From Guillardia theta CCMP2712 (taxonomy: Eukaryota > Protista > Cryptophyta): 64,000 nucleotides of DNA. The DNA lies in assembly GCF_000315625.1 (NCBI RefSeq), contig NW_005434647.1, positions 608,936-672,935 on the forward strand, written 5' to 3'. Below are positions 1 to 10,982 of this stretch, piece after piece. Both the position numbers and the translations under genes were made by a program. The notes below the pieces were generated by a model. That model saw only the letters and a program-made list of their open reading frames with translations. It did no database searches and was not told the DNA's origin. Positions within the stretch are counted from its first letter, which is position 1. The number at the start of each line of letters is the position of its first letter.

Positions 1-2105
1 GGTCTCTTGAGTTACATGTACAAGTTCATCAGAGGCCTTAGGGCGCCCTTCTCCTCCTTCAGTAGCTGCTCGAAGAAGCTGGTTGCAGCTGATTCTGCTC
101 AGATCCCACGTAGCCCTGCAGGTGGACCGTCAGCTCTCCGTCTCTCCCTCGTGAGCTAAGGTCGCAACCTGGCGAAGCTCTTGACCGGACGTGAGCGACG
201 AGAGCTGGAGAGCAGCGATGTCAGTGAGCGAAAGGGAAGATAGAACGAAGAAACGAAAGAAAAGAGGACCAGCGTTTACCTTCTCCTTTGAAGGATTCAA
301 GAACTTCATCCACGCCTTGTCCGTCCACTGAGACCATGTCAGCGAGGACCAACTCGAGGGGAAGGAGGTAAGAAGTCGTGGAAAGGAGTTTCGCCTCACC
401 TGTGAGCGAGGCCAGTTGTGCGCGTACACCCCATGGTCATCAGCCAAGGCAGAGAGCTGCAGCAATTCTTGTCATCCCAATAATCTTCCTCATCCTCCTC
501 CAAATCACCTTGGCCGACTTCTCAGCAAGGCCGAGATTCCTATGCTGTGAGGAGTCAACAGGGGAGACTGACACTAGAGAAGGAGCTTACTCTGTCGTGC
601 TCGCGGATCAAGTCCAAGACTTTCCTTCCCGGCCTGACCCGAGGGTCTTCCCACCTACAGACAGCCTAGTTCAACAACCCTCAAGCTAATGGATCTCGCA
701 CGACTCGTACGTTGATTCTCCAGTCTTCGGGTTAAGGTAGTAGAGCTTTCCATGCTGTCTCACAGTCAGGAATCCGTCACAACCAGCCTTTAGATGCTCT
801 ACCTCGATCTTGTATGCCTGCCACGGAGACGGCATGCCCTCGACGTGAACCTATGCAAAGTTAGCAGCCGTGAGGGTGAACATCAGCTCCTCTACCAGCG
901 AGCCTTTGGGATTGATCCACGTGCTCTTCCTGTTCGCCTTGTTGTAGTAGTAGACGTACTTGGTTCTGCGATCAAGATACGCACTCCAACCAGGAGGAAG
1001 CCCCTCAACGGAAACACGGGGGTTGACATCCTTCATCCTTTCGTACTTGGTTGTTCGCTTTGCGAGGTTCTGTGACGGCGAGAAAAACATTTCTGAGTCA
1101 TCACCTCGCAGCAGCATTAATCGCTCTGACCTGGCGAACAACAACAGTCGTTGACTTGCTATGCTTGCTGGCCTCCTCCGCATCCGAAGCAGCTCGCGAT
1201 GCCATGTCAATCATTTTGGCAGTTCGCTCGTTTTGCTGCAGTTGGACAGTCAGTATTGCTCACTTTCAGACACTGATCTGAGATTGCCTTCTTAAAGGAG
1301 TCCTCAACCTCGGACCTCTGCCTCCTGCTCTCTTCAAGCATCCTCTCGTTCTCCTTGTGCAGACTGTGAAGATATTTCAGCTGAGGGGCGAAAGGGACTG
1401 TCAACCCTTTACCTGTCCATGGCTTCCTTCTCCTTTGACGCATGGTCCTCAAGAGCTTTCACGGGGTCCATGATCTTCTTGACATCCTGTGCCAGGCTCT
1501 TGACCTGCAAGCACGCGCATGTCAGGGCCAAGTTGATGACCAAGAGGCAGAATCCAATGTTGCCTGCTTTGAGAGAGAAAGATAGCGAGGAAGGGAGAGA
1601 AAGGAGGGAGGAAGGGATAGATAGGGAGGGAGGGAGGGAGACCAGGGGATAACGCGGCTGAGCAAGATCAAGAGATTTGGATCACCTCGTCAGAGAGTTG
1701 GTTGATTTTCACCCTCTTGGACTGAGTGGGAAGAGAGTCGAAGTACTTGTTGAGGTCATCTTGCGCGGCTTTGGCTGACATCTCCTCCTCAGGGGGGGTC
1801 GGATGCAACCTCTTCTTGATCGCCAACGACTGCTTCTTGAAGTAGCTGTCGAGAGATGCCCTGGAAGCTTTTGCTGTCACCTTCCTCACTTCATTGGTAC
1901 TCTCCTTCTTCACTCTCTCAGCCTCCGTATGGAAGTAGCTCTGCAAGTCCTTGGAAGCTTCCTCAGAAGAGAAGCCCTTCAGCTCATCTCTCCTGCTCGG
2001 CCCTCTCATGACAGCCACAATTGTCATCATAGCAAGCGCGAGCATGATCGTCGCTGCCGCAGTCGCCGCCATCCCTGCGCTTCGTCGACCCAACAGGGCC
2101 GCCAT
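1..2105 (-). CDS. Spliced gene: N-terminal signal anchor, three short S-x3-A-x2-DL-x2-YF repeats, coiled coil and two WW domains; 3' end at or beyond the window start
   Basis: Exon 2105-1686 contains hydrophobic TIMLALAMMTIVAVM. In-frame GT-AG introns (1505-1685, 1364-1412 and further short ones) link it to GLPPGWSAYLDRRTKYVYYYNKANRKSTWINP (WW1) and spliced MPSPWQAYKIE|HGKLYYLNPKTGESTYE (WW2). Confidence 0.7.
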
Positions 2106-2849
2106 CCCACCACGCCTCTTCGCTTCCTGACCCCTACCCCTACCCCTCCCCCATCAGAAATTGATGCATTGACCCCTCTATTTCTATGGATTTTCACCTC
2201 AAATCGGGAGTCTACCATACCCCTCGTAATAACCCCTACCCCCCCCCCCCCCCCCCCCCCCCCCTAGCATTTGAGTAGTACGTCAAAGGTTACTCAAGTT
2301 CTAGCTGTGAGACTATAGTCGGTGTCGCCGATAATCAAAGTTCGATGCTGAGATGTCATTCCACAGCATGATCTAGCCGAGGAAATTCTGGAGATCTGCC
2401 AGAAATTCGAAAATTTTCCTTCGAGATTCGTTCAGATCAGTGCAGTTCTCGCATGCAACGCGGGTATTGAACATTATTTCTATGGAAGAACCTTACAGAT
2501 TGTTGACAAGCTTTCACATCTGCAGTGATAAAAGTTCTGATGCATTCTGAAGCAGGCAGAAAAATGGTTGGGGATGTCATTGCAACTAGCTAAGGCTTGC
2601 ATGGGGGTCTGATGCTTTCTCTTATGCTTTCCTTTATCTTGTCATTTGTCTCTCGATGTAGAGGAAATGTTCTGAATGCGGAATGTTTGTTTTCTATTTC
2701 AGCACAATTGTGAAGCTCAATCTAACGATCCTTGGCTGTGCAGACTTACGAAGAAGTCATTCAAAACAAAAAAATGATGGAAATGTAACATCGTAGAAAC
2801 GAAAAGACATTTCTTGAAAATCCTCTTTTCTCGGGTTTTAGAGCCGTCG

Positions 2850-2925
2850 TTACTTGGCGTTGAGTTTTGCTCGCAGCTCAGCATTTTCTGATTCCAATTC
2901 CTTAATTCGCATTTCCATCTCCTGA
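2850..2925 (-). CDS. Probable coiled-coil exon (EMEMRIKELESENAELRAKLNAK) of an unresolved gene
   Basis: Heptad-like peptide preceded by a CAG acceptor. I could not reconstruct the rest of the gene in 2300-3700. Confidence 0.3.
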
Positions 2926-3960
2926 AAACTCGTCAATGATAGAAAATATCAAAAGAATATTACCTACATTCGATCATTCGTGTTGACAGTCACAGTGAGT
3001 GTACCTTTGAGCACTACCCCACCCTGCAACAGGCTGCTGGTCTTCGCTCTCCTTCTACTCCGTGGCGGCAGCCACCTGATGCTGTGTCGTGTGAGCATCA
3101 AGAAAAACAACAGAGGCGAGTACTGATGCTGGTTCCAAAGTCACAGTTGCGCTTGTTTTCCATCCGCGAGTAGGGCATCCTCCTCCACAACGGCACTGTG
3201 AGCGACTTTTCCTCCTCCTCCATGGATCGGCTTCTCACTCTCCAACAGAACAATCAGCTGTCAACTGTCAGGAGAGCTGATAGCCTTGCAGCTCGCACGC
3301 GGACTGCAACCTGACAAGCGGAGACTTGTGTTAAGGAGGTCAAGATTTCTTCTGCCCGAACCCCACGGGCTTCCCTAAAGCCAACTTCACCTACAATCAA
3401 GAATGCTGGATGTGCCCTGAGTACCGCACGTCCGGCCTCGTCAACCTCATTTTGACGCAGGAAGACGCCCTGCCTCTCCCCCCTGCCTCACTCGCTGACC
3501 ATGCTTGCTCCCCTCGTCTCGACCCGCAGGACCCCTGGAAGTCTCTCGACTCCGACTCTTCCTTGAAACACTGCCAGCTCCGGGTCAGAATGAAGTTACA
3601 GTCAAGCGTCAGAGTCAAGCTTCAGTCAAGCTCTTTGGGGGATGCAGACCTCTCTGAGGGATGCGGCAAGGTGGTGATTGCTACGAGCGTTGTGAAACTG
3701 CATCGTCCACACCTTCGATGTTTTTCGCCCTTGAGACATGACAAGAGATGGGGCAAATGTACATCAGAAGCATGCGGAATACTGTTCAAGCCGAAGCGCA
3801 ATTTCATATCTATTATGAATCACTGCACTAGAGCACTACCAAGAACAATGATACGCATTTTGGTCGAGCAGAGCACGTCAAAGCGGCATCTTGTCCCAGC
3901 CTTCCCCCTAACATAAACAAGCGTGAGTCGAACAACAAAGCAACCAGTCAAAGAACCTCA

Positions 3961-6900
3961 CTAGGCAAGCCGAAAGAGCTCAAGCTTGGAGTTGCTTCCC
4001 CAAGGGATGAACCTTTCCTTGTCCTCATCGTAGACGAAGCAGAAGTAAGGGTTGCTCGCACTCAACGCACACGGGTGATCCTTCACGCAGATCCAAACTT
4101 TGAACTGATCCGTCATGAGCACTCCCAGGCCTCCCATCTTGTACTGCACCGAGCAGTTCTTGAGAGCTGGAATGATGATCTCGTCCCACGTGTAAGGGAG
4201 CGAGCAGTTCCTGTAGCTCGGGTCTTCACCCCACAGGAACGGATGCGTCGACGAGTTGAGCATCGCCATCCAGTTGGAGCATCCTCCCAGCACCTGCTTG
4301 CCGTACTTGCCGAGGCAGACGTCCGGCCCTCTCTGCAGCGACCCGATGCTGAAGGAGCTGTCGCACGAGGCCCCGGGCTCTATGGTGCACGTGCTGCTGC
4401 ATCCGTCACCGTCCACTTGGTTGCCATCGTCGCACTGCTCGAAGACGTCAGGAGCGGCGAGGAAAGCCTCTGCGTTGATGTAGAGGCAGGAGGGGGACGA
4501 GCAGTACCAGCATTTAGGACTCTCGATGTTGATCTGCAGAGAGAACTTCGGCCCCTCAACGTTGGGAGGAACTTGAGAGAAGACGATTGGAACTTTCATC
4601 CCGCAGGTGGGGCTCATCTGGTAAGGAGAGGAGAAGGGGATGCTGACGCCGTTGAGGGTCACGTTCATGATGGAACCCTCGTAGAGAGAGGTCGAGTCCA
4701 TGTCGACAAGAAGGTACATGGGCCCCGATGAGTTGATCGCAGGTCGGAAATCAACATCGCAAGTAGACATCGTCAAGGACTGAGAGTAGACTCCTCCCAT
4801 CCCGTCAGCCATCGTTGACGTGTACGAGTAAGATGTCGTCGAAGTGCAGTTCACCGCTGTGAGCCTGCGGAACGTCCAGTCTCGGAGCCCGTTGCCGCAC
4901 ATGGGCTTTGACTTGCCTCCCCATGACAGCTCGAAGGGAAATGGCGAGGAGGTCCGGTTGTTGACGGTGGAGAAGTAGTTCAAGGTGAGCGAGCGACCGC
5001 GGAAGACTTGAAACTCGTTGGGCAAGACTTGAATCTCCCCCTGCGAGCTCAACTCAAGTCTGTCGCACGCGACCTGCTGCTTGTACATAGTGCAGAAGTT
5101 CTTGAGGTGCAGGAGCTCAGCTGAGCTTTGCTGGAAGGAGACGGGCAGGAGGATCTTGCCGTTGCCGTCGCTCAGCAGAGAGAGACCGTAGCTGTTCGCC
5201 ATGAGCCCGACAGACACTCTGATGCGGTTGTCCTCGAAGAATGTCGCCTCCCAGATGATGTTGGGCCAGCCGAGCTGACCGCTGGTTGAGGCTGTACCTT
5301 CAAACCGAACGAGAAAGCCTCGCATGCCCGCCTCATACACTCTCTTGGTCAGCACGAGCTGAGCCGACGTGTCGGAGCCTCCGACGAACATGGTGGGTGT
5401 GGGAGGCCAGGAAGCAGACAGACCAGAGTGGAAGGAGAAGCCGTTGTAGAAGGTGATGTAGGAGTTGGAACTGATGTACGTCCGATTCCTCACGTTCTTG
5501 CCCTCCACGCAAAAGTCGAAGCCAAAGTCAGGAAGCAGCAAGCTATCGTCATCCATGTTCTGCATCCCGTCGGACAAGGAGGAAGGATAGAGCAAGCTCC
5601 AATAGCCCATGATGGTTCCAGTGACCGAGTCGTACTGGCTTGCTGTCGACGATCCGTTGAACTTCATGCTTGTAGACGAGGAGCTGTCGCCGTTCAATTC
5701 TTCGCAGACAGTTGGGAGCAAATGAGTTGGGATGACCGCCAGCTCGATCTCGCTCATACCGTTGTTGCTGTCGGAGATGCTGAACGAGGCGCACGTGGCG
5801 CCAGGAGCGACTTCGTTCTCGTACCTCTTAGTGAAGACGTCATGCGGTGACAAGTCGAAGTGACAGCAATTTTCTAGTGTGCACTCCTTCTTGCATGTCG
5901 ACGAGCATCCGTCGCCGTCGACAAGGTTCCCGTCATCGCACGCCTCCAGCCCTTCTTGGATGCCATCGCCGCACACGTCGTACACGATGGGTCCATACTT
6001 GAGCAGGAACGGGCTGTAAGAAGCCACTCTCACCTTAGACACGTTGGCTCTGAACGCAGAGTTGTACATCTGAGCGTCTGGCAACCACAAGTTCATGTGG
6101 CTGCCTGATATCGAGCCATCATAGTTCCATTGGCTGCAGTCTGAGTTGGCACAGGTGTAGATTTCAAGGTCAAGCTGAGGATTGCTCCGCATATCAAGAA
6201 ATGAAACCTGAAGCGACGTCAAACCAGTCGGCTCGATGTCATGTATGCATTCCTGGCCGTTGAAAGCGCTTGAATGGTGGACAACGCCAGACTCTTGATA
6301 GTATCTGTCGCATCCGCACGTGCACTCGAAGCAGGAGGACTTGTCTTGCGGCCACACCTCTTGGTCGCACTGCCAGCCTTGCTCCACCTGGCAGGTCGAC
6401 GAGCAGCCGTCGCCTGAGACTGAGTTGCCATCGTCGCACTGCTCCGGAGCTGTCAAAATCCCATCACCACATTTGGGTGACTGACTACAATCGATCGAGA
6501 AGTATCCTGCGTCGCAATCGCAGATGGGGGCTCTACACGTGCCATGACCTGAGCAGCTGTTGGGGCAGGAGGGCGATGAGCTGCAGTCTGGCTCAGCAGT
6601 GATGGCGCCCGTCACCACCAGCGCGAAGTTCTGCGACCCCTGAGGCAAGTCATAGGCAGACACGTAGACGCTGTAGGTGCCTGCGGGAGCCTGCGGCAGG
6701 GTGATCTGCTCCACATTGTTGGTTCGGTCCATGTTCGAGCCCGAGCGGTTGTTGCCGTACAAGGTGTTGCCACTGCCATCGATGAGCACGAGGTCGAGAT
6801 CGCTGATGAGCGCCTTGGAGGCGTAGGGAGACCCGGGGGGGTCCGTCCACACTAGAGTGACTCGGAACTGAGAGCCGCCGGAGACGGAGAAGCATTTCTT

Positions 6901-9900
6901 TACGACCTGACCTTGAGACAGCTGCACCCGATCGTAAGTCTTCAACACAAAGTCTGAATCCGCTCCGAACCACAAGACTGACGACAAGTCAAGCAGCCCA
7001 TACCCCTGCTCCGCTGAAGGGCTTGCAGTCGACTCCTGCCATGCGACTCCAGACCTTCCTCCGTAGATATCAAGGTAGCCCCACAAGCCGTTCCTCACCA
7101 TCTTAGACCCATACTGGTAAGCATGGCGCAGAGGCTTGCCGCTTTGAATGATCATAGCTTTGACTAGCGCCGAGGAAGGGTTGACACCATCCGCGTCTGA
7201 GGGAGAGCCCGTGACATGGTAGCCCTCCTCGAAGTACTGCCTCACTATGGCGGCTGCCCCGGCGGTTGCTGGAGTAGCCATGGAGGTTCCGCTCATCTCG
7301 AGGATGCAGTTGTTGTTGAGCCCGACGGAGTCAGCGCACTGGAAGCTGTTGCGGATTCCATCGGAAGAAGCGGAGAAGATGTTCTGACCAGGAGCGACGA
7401 TGTCCGGCTTGTTTCTGAAATCATAGGTTGGTCCCCGCGATGAGAAGATCGACAAGTCGGTGTGCTTGTACTCTTGTCCTGAGCGAACGTTGCTGACCAG
7501 TGGTAACTTGGCCAACTGCATAGAATAGAGGCAGAAATAAGAGAAGCCTGGAGCGCAGGTCTGCTGAAACCATCTTGTTGTGAGATTGTACGCGTCCAAA
7601 CCTGAGATGCCAGCGACAGGTATCGTGATCTGATCCTTCAACATTTCGTTCGGTCCTCCTGTTGCTTTCAAAACAGGCGCGGGGTATTGGATCGCAGGTT
7701 CGTACAAGATCAGCGCAGAGGCTCCCATGTTCTGAGCATTCCAGGCCATGAGCACTTCATCGCAATAGCCCATGAAAGGAGAAATAATCATGTTGCCTTT
7801 AAAGAAGCCTCGAAAGTAACCGCTCAATGGATTAGAGAAGCCTGTCAGAGTCACCGTCTTGTTGATTTCAAGTGGATTTGAGAAGATAGTATACCCTTGC
7901 TTTGAAAGCGAGAAGGAGTCATCATAAGAAGTGGTGACAGCGCTGATGATGGTGTATACAATGCTGCTGTTCTCGTACAGAGTCACTTGTGATTCTTGAT
8001 TGCACGATCCTTGAGGGTAATAAGTCTTCACGTAAACAGTGTAACCGTTGACTCCATTGTCCTGCACTTTTTTACCTACCATGAACAAAGGGGTTGCTTC
8101 GTAGTCATTGTTGAAAATGAACTGCGAAGACAACGCGTCCAGTGAAGAACCAAAGGCAATAGAGCCTCCCGTCAAATACGTGCGATTCCTCGCATTTTCT
8201 CCAAAAATACAAAAATCAACTTCAGTCTTCAATTCTATGTGCATTTTCGAAGAAGAGTAATAGTGGTAGTTGTACATTTCAGAAATAGACGAGTCATACA
8301 AGATGTCCCATGAAGTAGTGGCATGAGAAATCATCGTGAAGGTTACTCCAAACCAATTGAAGGAACAATAAAACTGGTTCGATATCGATCGATCATAGTC
8401 AACGACGATCTGAATCGATCCCGACACGTCTGACGGTATCCTGTAAGTTGTACTGATTGATTGTCCACACGACTGACTGCCTGACACACTGAAGTCCATA
8501 GGAACATAGTCGCCAGCAACAGTGATTCCCCTGACATTAGTGACACTGTTGCTGCCCATCCAGTACGACAAAGGCACTTGAATCATAAGATCGACATCAC
8601 CTCCAGATGTTCTGTCAACGTACATTGAGAGAGAACATGTCGTCATCGACATGTCAGAGCCGCTGACATCGCAAGTCTGGTAATCCTGAAAGTTGATGCT
8701 CGATTGAACGTTGCCTAGGCTTTCAACAGTGTGCATGTCTGACCAGCTTGTTGAGATCTCAGCATCAGATGAAGTCTGTACCGAGCAGAATGAGCTCGAG
8801 TCCGGACGAGGCAGGCACAGCAGAGTCTGAATATCCTTACACCATGGACCAGGCGGGTAGCACCCACTGTAAAAGTATTGACCGACTATTGAAGCGTTGA
8901 CAGCTCTGGTGTCGGGGGTCAGCGGAGCTCCGAAGGAGGCAGGGAGGATGTCAACCAGCCTCTCGTCTGAGCCATCGGAGAGCAGCATGGAGAGGTTGAA
9001 GTAGGTACCATAACCATGCGCCACGTACGACTCACGGGAGTTCAAGCTTGATCCTACCGATAGGATGTTCTTGGCATTCCCTGGACTGCCAATCGAGAAG
9101 TGATCAGGACCGCTATTCCCAGCAGCAAACACAACCAGAAAATCATCTTTGTCGTACATGAATGAATCGGTTTCCATGCACTGACAATTGTATCCAGACG
9201 AATAGCCCCCCCATGAGTTGGAGTGAATCCTTGCTCCATTGTTGTATGCATGGGGATAGATACTCGAGCTCAGGTCCCATGGCAGGTAGTTGAGGTAAGG
9301 CTCGAAATTCGAAACATCGTCGAACACGATCTTCGCTCCTGGAGCTGATCCATTGTACTGAGTCGCAAGAGTGTTGATGGGACCAGCGGCGCCAGCAACG
9401 ATACCGGACACATGCGTGCCGTGACCATGATACGAGTCATAAGACTGAGGATAGGGGGGAGGAGGAGGATAAGAGTTGTAAGACAAAATCTTACGGTGAC
9501 TGGGTTGAGCAGGGCACATGCTGGCGCAACCCGAGTAAGAGTAGTAATAACAATCCTCACACACAGAGACCTGAACCTCGGGATCATAGAAAAAGCAAGA
9601 ATCAAAATCAATGCCAGTGTCTGCAATTCCCACTGTTTGTCCTTTTCCGTTCAAACCGAGCTGTTCCAGCTTCGTTTTGGTTGGTTGCCACTGATAGGTT
9701 CCCTGAACGATCAAAGAAGAATACTTGTTGAAAGTGCGATACTCTGTCCTCTTTTCCATCCATTTCACCGATGCTTGATTTGCCAAAATCTCAACAACCT
9801 TGCCGACGTTTTGCGCGTTGGTTTCAATCGTCAGCATATTGCTTGTTTTCGCCCATACTTGAGCGATCTTGCCCGATCTTGTGCTGAAAGCGTTTTCCAA

Positions 9901-10686
9901 CAATCGGAGCATATTGGTGAGAGACATTTGATCCGGATGAACTGAGATGGCTGCCTCAAGAAATACGCTCTCATCAGGTCCAGCCGGTGCTCCCTTCTCC
10001 TTGTCTTGTCCATATTTGTCTTGCTTGGTCTGAGACTTGGAGTTTCGCTGGTTTCCCTTGTGTTTCTTGTGGCTGTTGTCGAGGGTCCCTCGCTTCTCAG
10101 GGTGCTGGGGGTTGCTGTTGATGACTGTCTCGGGCTGCTTGGCTGAGAGCGATCTCATCGCCAAGGAGATATAATCCTGCAGGTCGTTGGATATCTTCAT
10201 GCTCGACGGGAGGTGATAAATCGTCTCCACATGCTTCATGCTCGCAACACGAAGTTTCCTGGAAGGTTCCATAGCAACCACATACGTGTCGTATGGAATG
10301 TATTGCACAAACTTGTCTCCGCTGGTGGCCTTCAACTGAGAGAGCATGTCGGGAGGAGCGGGATGTTTCACTCGAACAAGGTAATGACTCTTGCTTGATT
10401 CCTCAAACACAATCTGTTGCTGAGCAATGGTCGAGTCTTGTCTGAATCGAGTCTTGAGCTTTGCATGTGCTCTGTCTTCTGTATGATGAAGCAGCAAAGT
10501 GTCGGGGTTGTAAATCATGAGAGGTCTTCCTGGAAGGTTCTTGGCAACCACAGAACGCCTTTCTCCATGCCGAAAACCATGTTCGAACTCTTCCTTGCTT
10601 ACTCTCGCATCACAACAAGGTGCACTACTCAACAGCAACGCCATGGCTGCGAGCAGCAGCTTGTTTGCTGCCATCCCTCCCGCCAT
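3961..10686 (-). CDS. Secreted subtilisin-like serine protease (S8, KP-43/TagC-like), 2241 aa, intronless; PA domain, beta-barrel domain, EGF, CUB-like domains and Myxococcus-type cysteine-rich repeats
   Basis: Signal peptide (LLLAAMALLLSSAPCCDA). Catalytic motifs ADTGID, HGHGTHVSG, AAGNSG and SGTSMATP; FSSRGP..RNKPDIVAPG; TLVWTDPPG..DLDL..NNVEQ. EGF-like CPNSCSGHGTC..CDCDAGYFSIDC. Repeats CGDG..EQCDDGN..GDGCSSTC. Confidence 0.95.
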   Translation of the reverse strand: MAGGMAANKLLLAAMALLLSSAPCCDARVSKEEFEHGFRHGERRSVVAKNLPGRPLMIYNPDTLLLHHTEDRAHAKLKTRFRQDSTIAQQQIVFEESSKSHYLVRVKHPAPPDMLSQLKATSGDKFVQYIPYDTYVVAMEPSRKLRVASMKHVETIYHLPSSMKISNDLQDYISLAMRSLSAKQPETVINSNPQHPEKRGTLDNSHKKHKGNQRNSKSQTKQDKYGQDKEKGAPAGPDESVFLEAAISVHPDQMSLTNMLRLLENAFSTRSGKIAQVWAKTSNMLTIETNAQNVGKVVEILANQASVKWMEKRTEYRTFNKYSSLIVQGTYQWQPTKTKLEQLGLNGKGQTVGIADTGIDFDSCFFYDPEVQVSVCEDCYYYSYSGCASMCPAQPSHRKILSYNSYPPPPPYPQSYDSYHGHGTHVSGIVAGAAGPINTLATQYNGSAPGAKIVFDDVSNFEPYLNYLPWDLSSSIYPHAYNNGARIHSNSWGGYSSGYNCQCMETDSFMYDKDDFLVVFAAGNSGPDHFSIGSPGNAKNILSVGSSLNSRESYVAHGYGTYFNLSMLLSDGSDERLVDILPASFGAPLTPDTRAVNASIVGQYFYSGCYPPGPWCKDIQTLLCLPRPDSSSFCSVQTSSDAEISTSWSDMHTVESLGNVQSSINFQDYQTCDVSGSDMSMTTCSLSMYVDRTSGGDVDLMIQVPLSYWMGSNSVTNVRGITVAGDYVPMDFSVSGSQSCGQSISTTYRIPSDVSGSIQIVVDYDRSISNQFYCSFNWFGVTFTMISHATTSWDILYDSSISEMYNYHYYSSSKMHIELKTEVDFCIFGENARNRTYLTGGSIAFGSSLDALSSQFIFNNDYEATPLFMVGKKVQDNGVNGYTVYVKTYYPQGSCNQESQVTLYENSSIVYTIISAVTTSYDDSFSLSKQGYTIFSNPLEINKTVTLTGFSNPLSGYFRGFFKGNMIISPFMGYCDEVLMAWNAQNMGASALILYEPAIQYPAPVLKATGGPNEMLKDQITIPVAGISGLDAYNLTTRWFQQTCAPGFSYFCLYSMQLAKLPLVSNVRSGQEYKHTDLSIFSSRGPTYDFRNKPDIVAPGQNIFSASSDGIRNSFQCADSVGLNNNCILEMSGTSMATPATAGAAAIVRQYFEEGYHVTGSPSDADGVNPSSALVKAMIIQSGKPLRHAYQYGSKMVRNGLWGYLDIYGGRSGVAWQESTASPSAEQGYGLLDLSSVLWFGADSDFVLKTYDRVQLSQGQVVKKCFSVSGGSQFRVTLVWTDPPGSPYASKALISDLDLVLIDGSGNTLYGNNRSGSNMDRTNNVEQITLPQAPAGTYSVYVSAYDLPQGSQNFALVVTGAITAEPDCSSSPSCPNSCSGHGTCRAPICDCDAGYFSIDCSQSPKCGDGILTAPEQCDDGNSVSGDGCSSTCQVEQGWQCDQEVWPQDKSSCFECTCGCDRYYQESGVVHHSSAFNGQECIHDIEPTGLTSLQVSFLDMRSNPQLDLEIYTCANSDCSQWNYDGSISGSHMNLWLPDAQMYNSAFRANVSKVRVASYSPFLLKYGPIVYDVCGDGIQEGLEACDDGNLVDGDGCSSTCKKECTLENCCHFDLSPHDVFTKRYENEVAPGATCASFSISDSNNGMSEIELAVIPTHLLPTVCEELNGDSSSSTSMKFNGSSTASQYDSVTGTIMGYWSLLYPSSLSDGMQNMDDDSLLLPDFGFDFCVEGKNVRNRTYISSNSYITFYNGFSFHSGLSASWPPTPTMFVGGSDTSAQLVLTKRVYEAGMRGFLVRFEGTASTSGQLGWPNIIWEATFFEDNRIRVSVGLMANSYGLSLLSDGNGKILLPVSFQQSSAELLHLKNFCTMYKQQVACDRLELSSQGEIQVLPNEFQVFRGRSLTLNYFSTVNNRTSSPFPFELSWGGKSKPMCGNGLRDWTFRRLTAVNCTSTTSYSYTSTMADGMGGVYSQSLTMSTCDVDFRPAINSSGPMYLLVDMDSTSLYEGSIMNVTLNGVSIPFSSPYQMSPTCGMKVPIVFSQVPPNVEGPKFSLQINIESPKCWYCSSPSCLYINAEAFLAAPDVFEQCDDGNQVDGDGCSSTCTIEPGASCDSSFSIGSLQRGPDVCLGKYGKQVLGGCSNWMAMLNSSTHPFLWGEDPSYRNCSLPYTWDEIIIPALKNCSVQYKMGGLGVLMTDQFKVWICVKDHPCALSASNPYFCFVYDEDKERFIPWGSNSKLELFRLA

Positions 10687-10982
10687 GGAATCAGTCCAGC
10701 TGCAAGGGGGCGGCCGTCAAATTCTCATCGCACCCACCCACCCCACCAAAAAATGATAGAGGTCGAGCATTTCAATGTTCCCTTCGATCTTGATTAGGTC
10801 CTCTCCTCCTAAACTTGGCTAGCACTTGCTGCACTAATACCAGACATAAAGGATTTCACGGCTTTAGCCCTTGACAAGTCTGTCTCCCGTGGTCCTTGAT
10901 GGCTGCAGTACCGTACCCCCGTTCCGAACTAGTCTTACATCTTTAGAACTTGACGTGCCTGGCACATCGATTGGAGACGGAC

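Noticed and set aside
2239-2264. Poly-C run as a telomere or element end
   Set aside because: Simple homopolymer with no telomeric unit, TSD or TIR.
3300-3916. 168-aa plus-strand ORF and adjacent Cys-containing peptide
   Set aside because: Non-ATG start, no recognisable domain, and competing readings on both strands; left unresolved.
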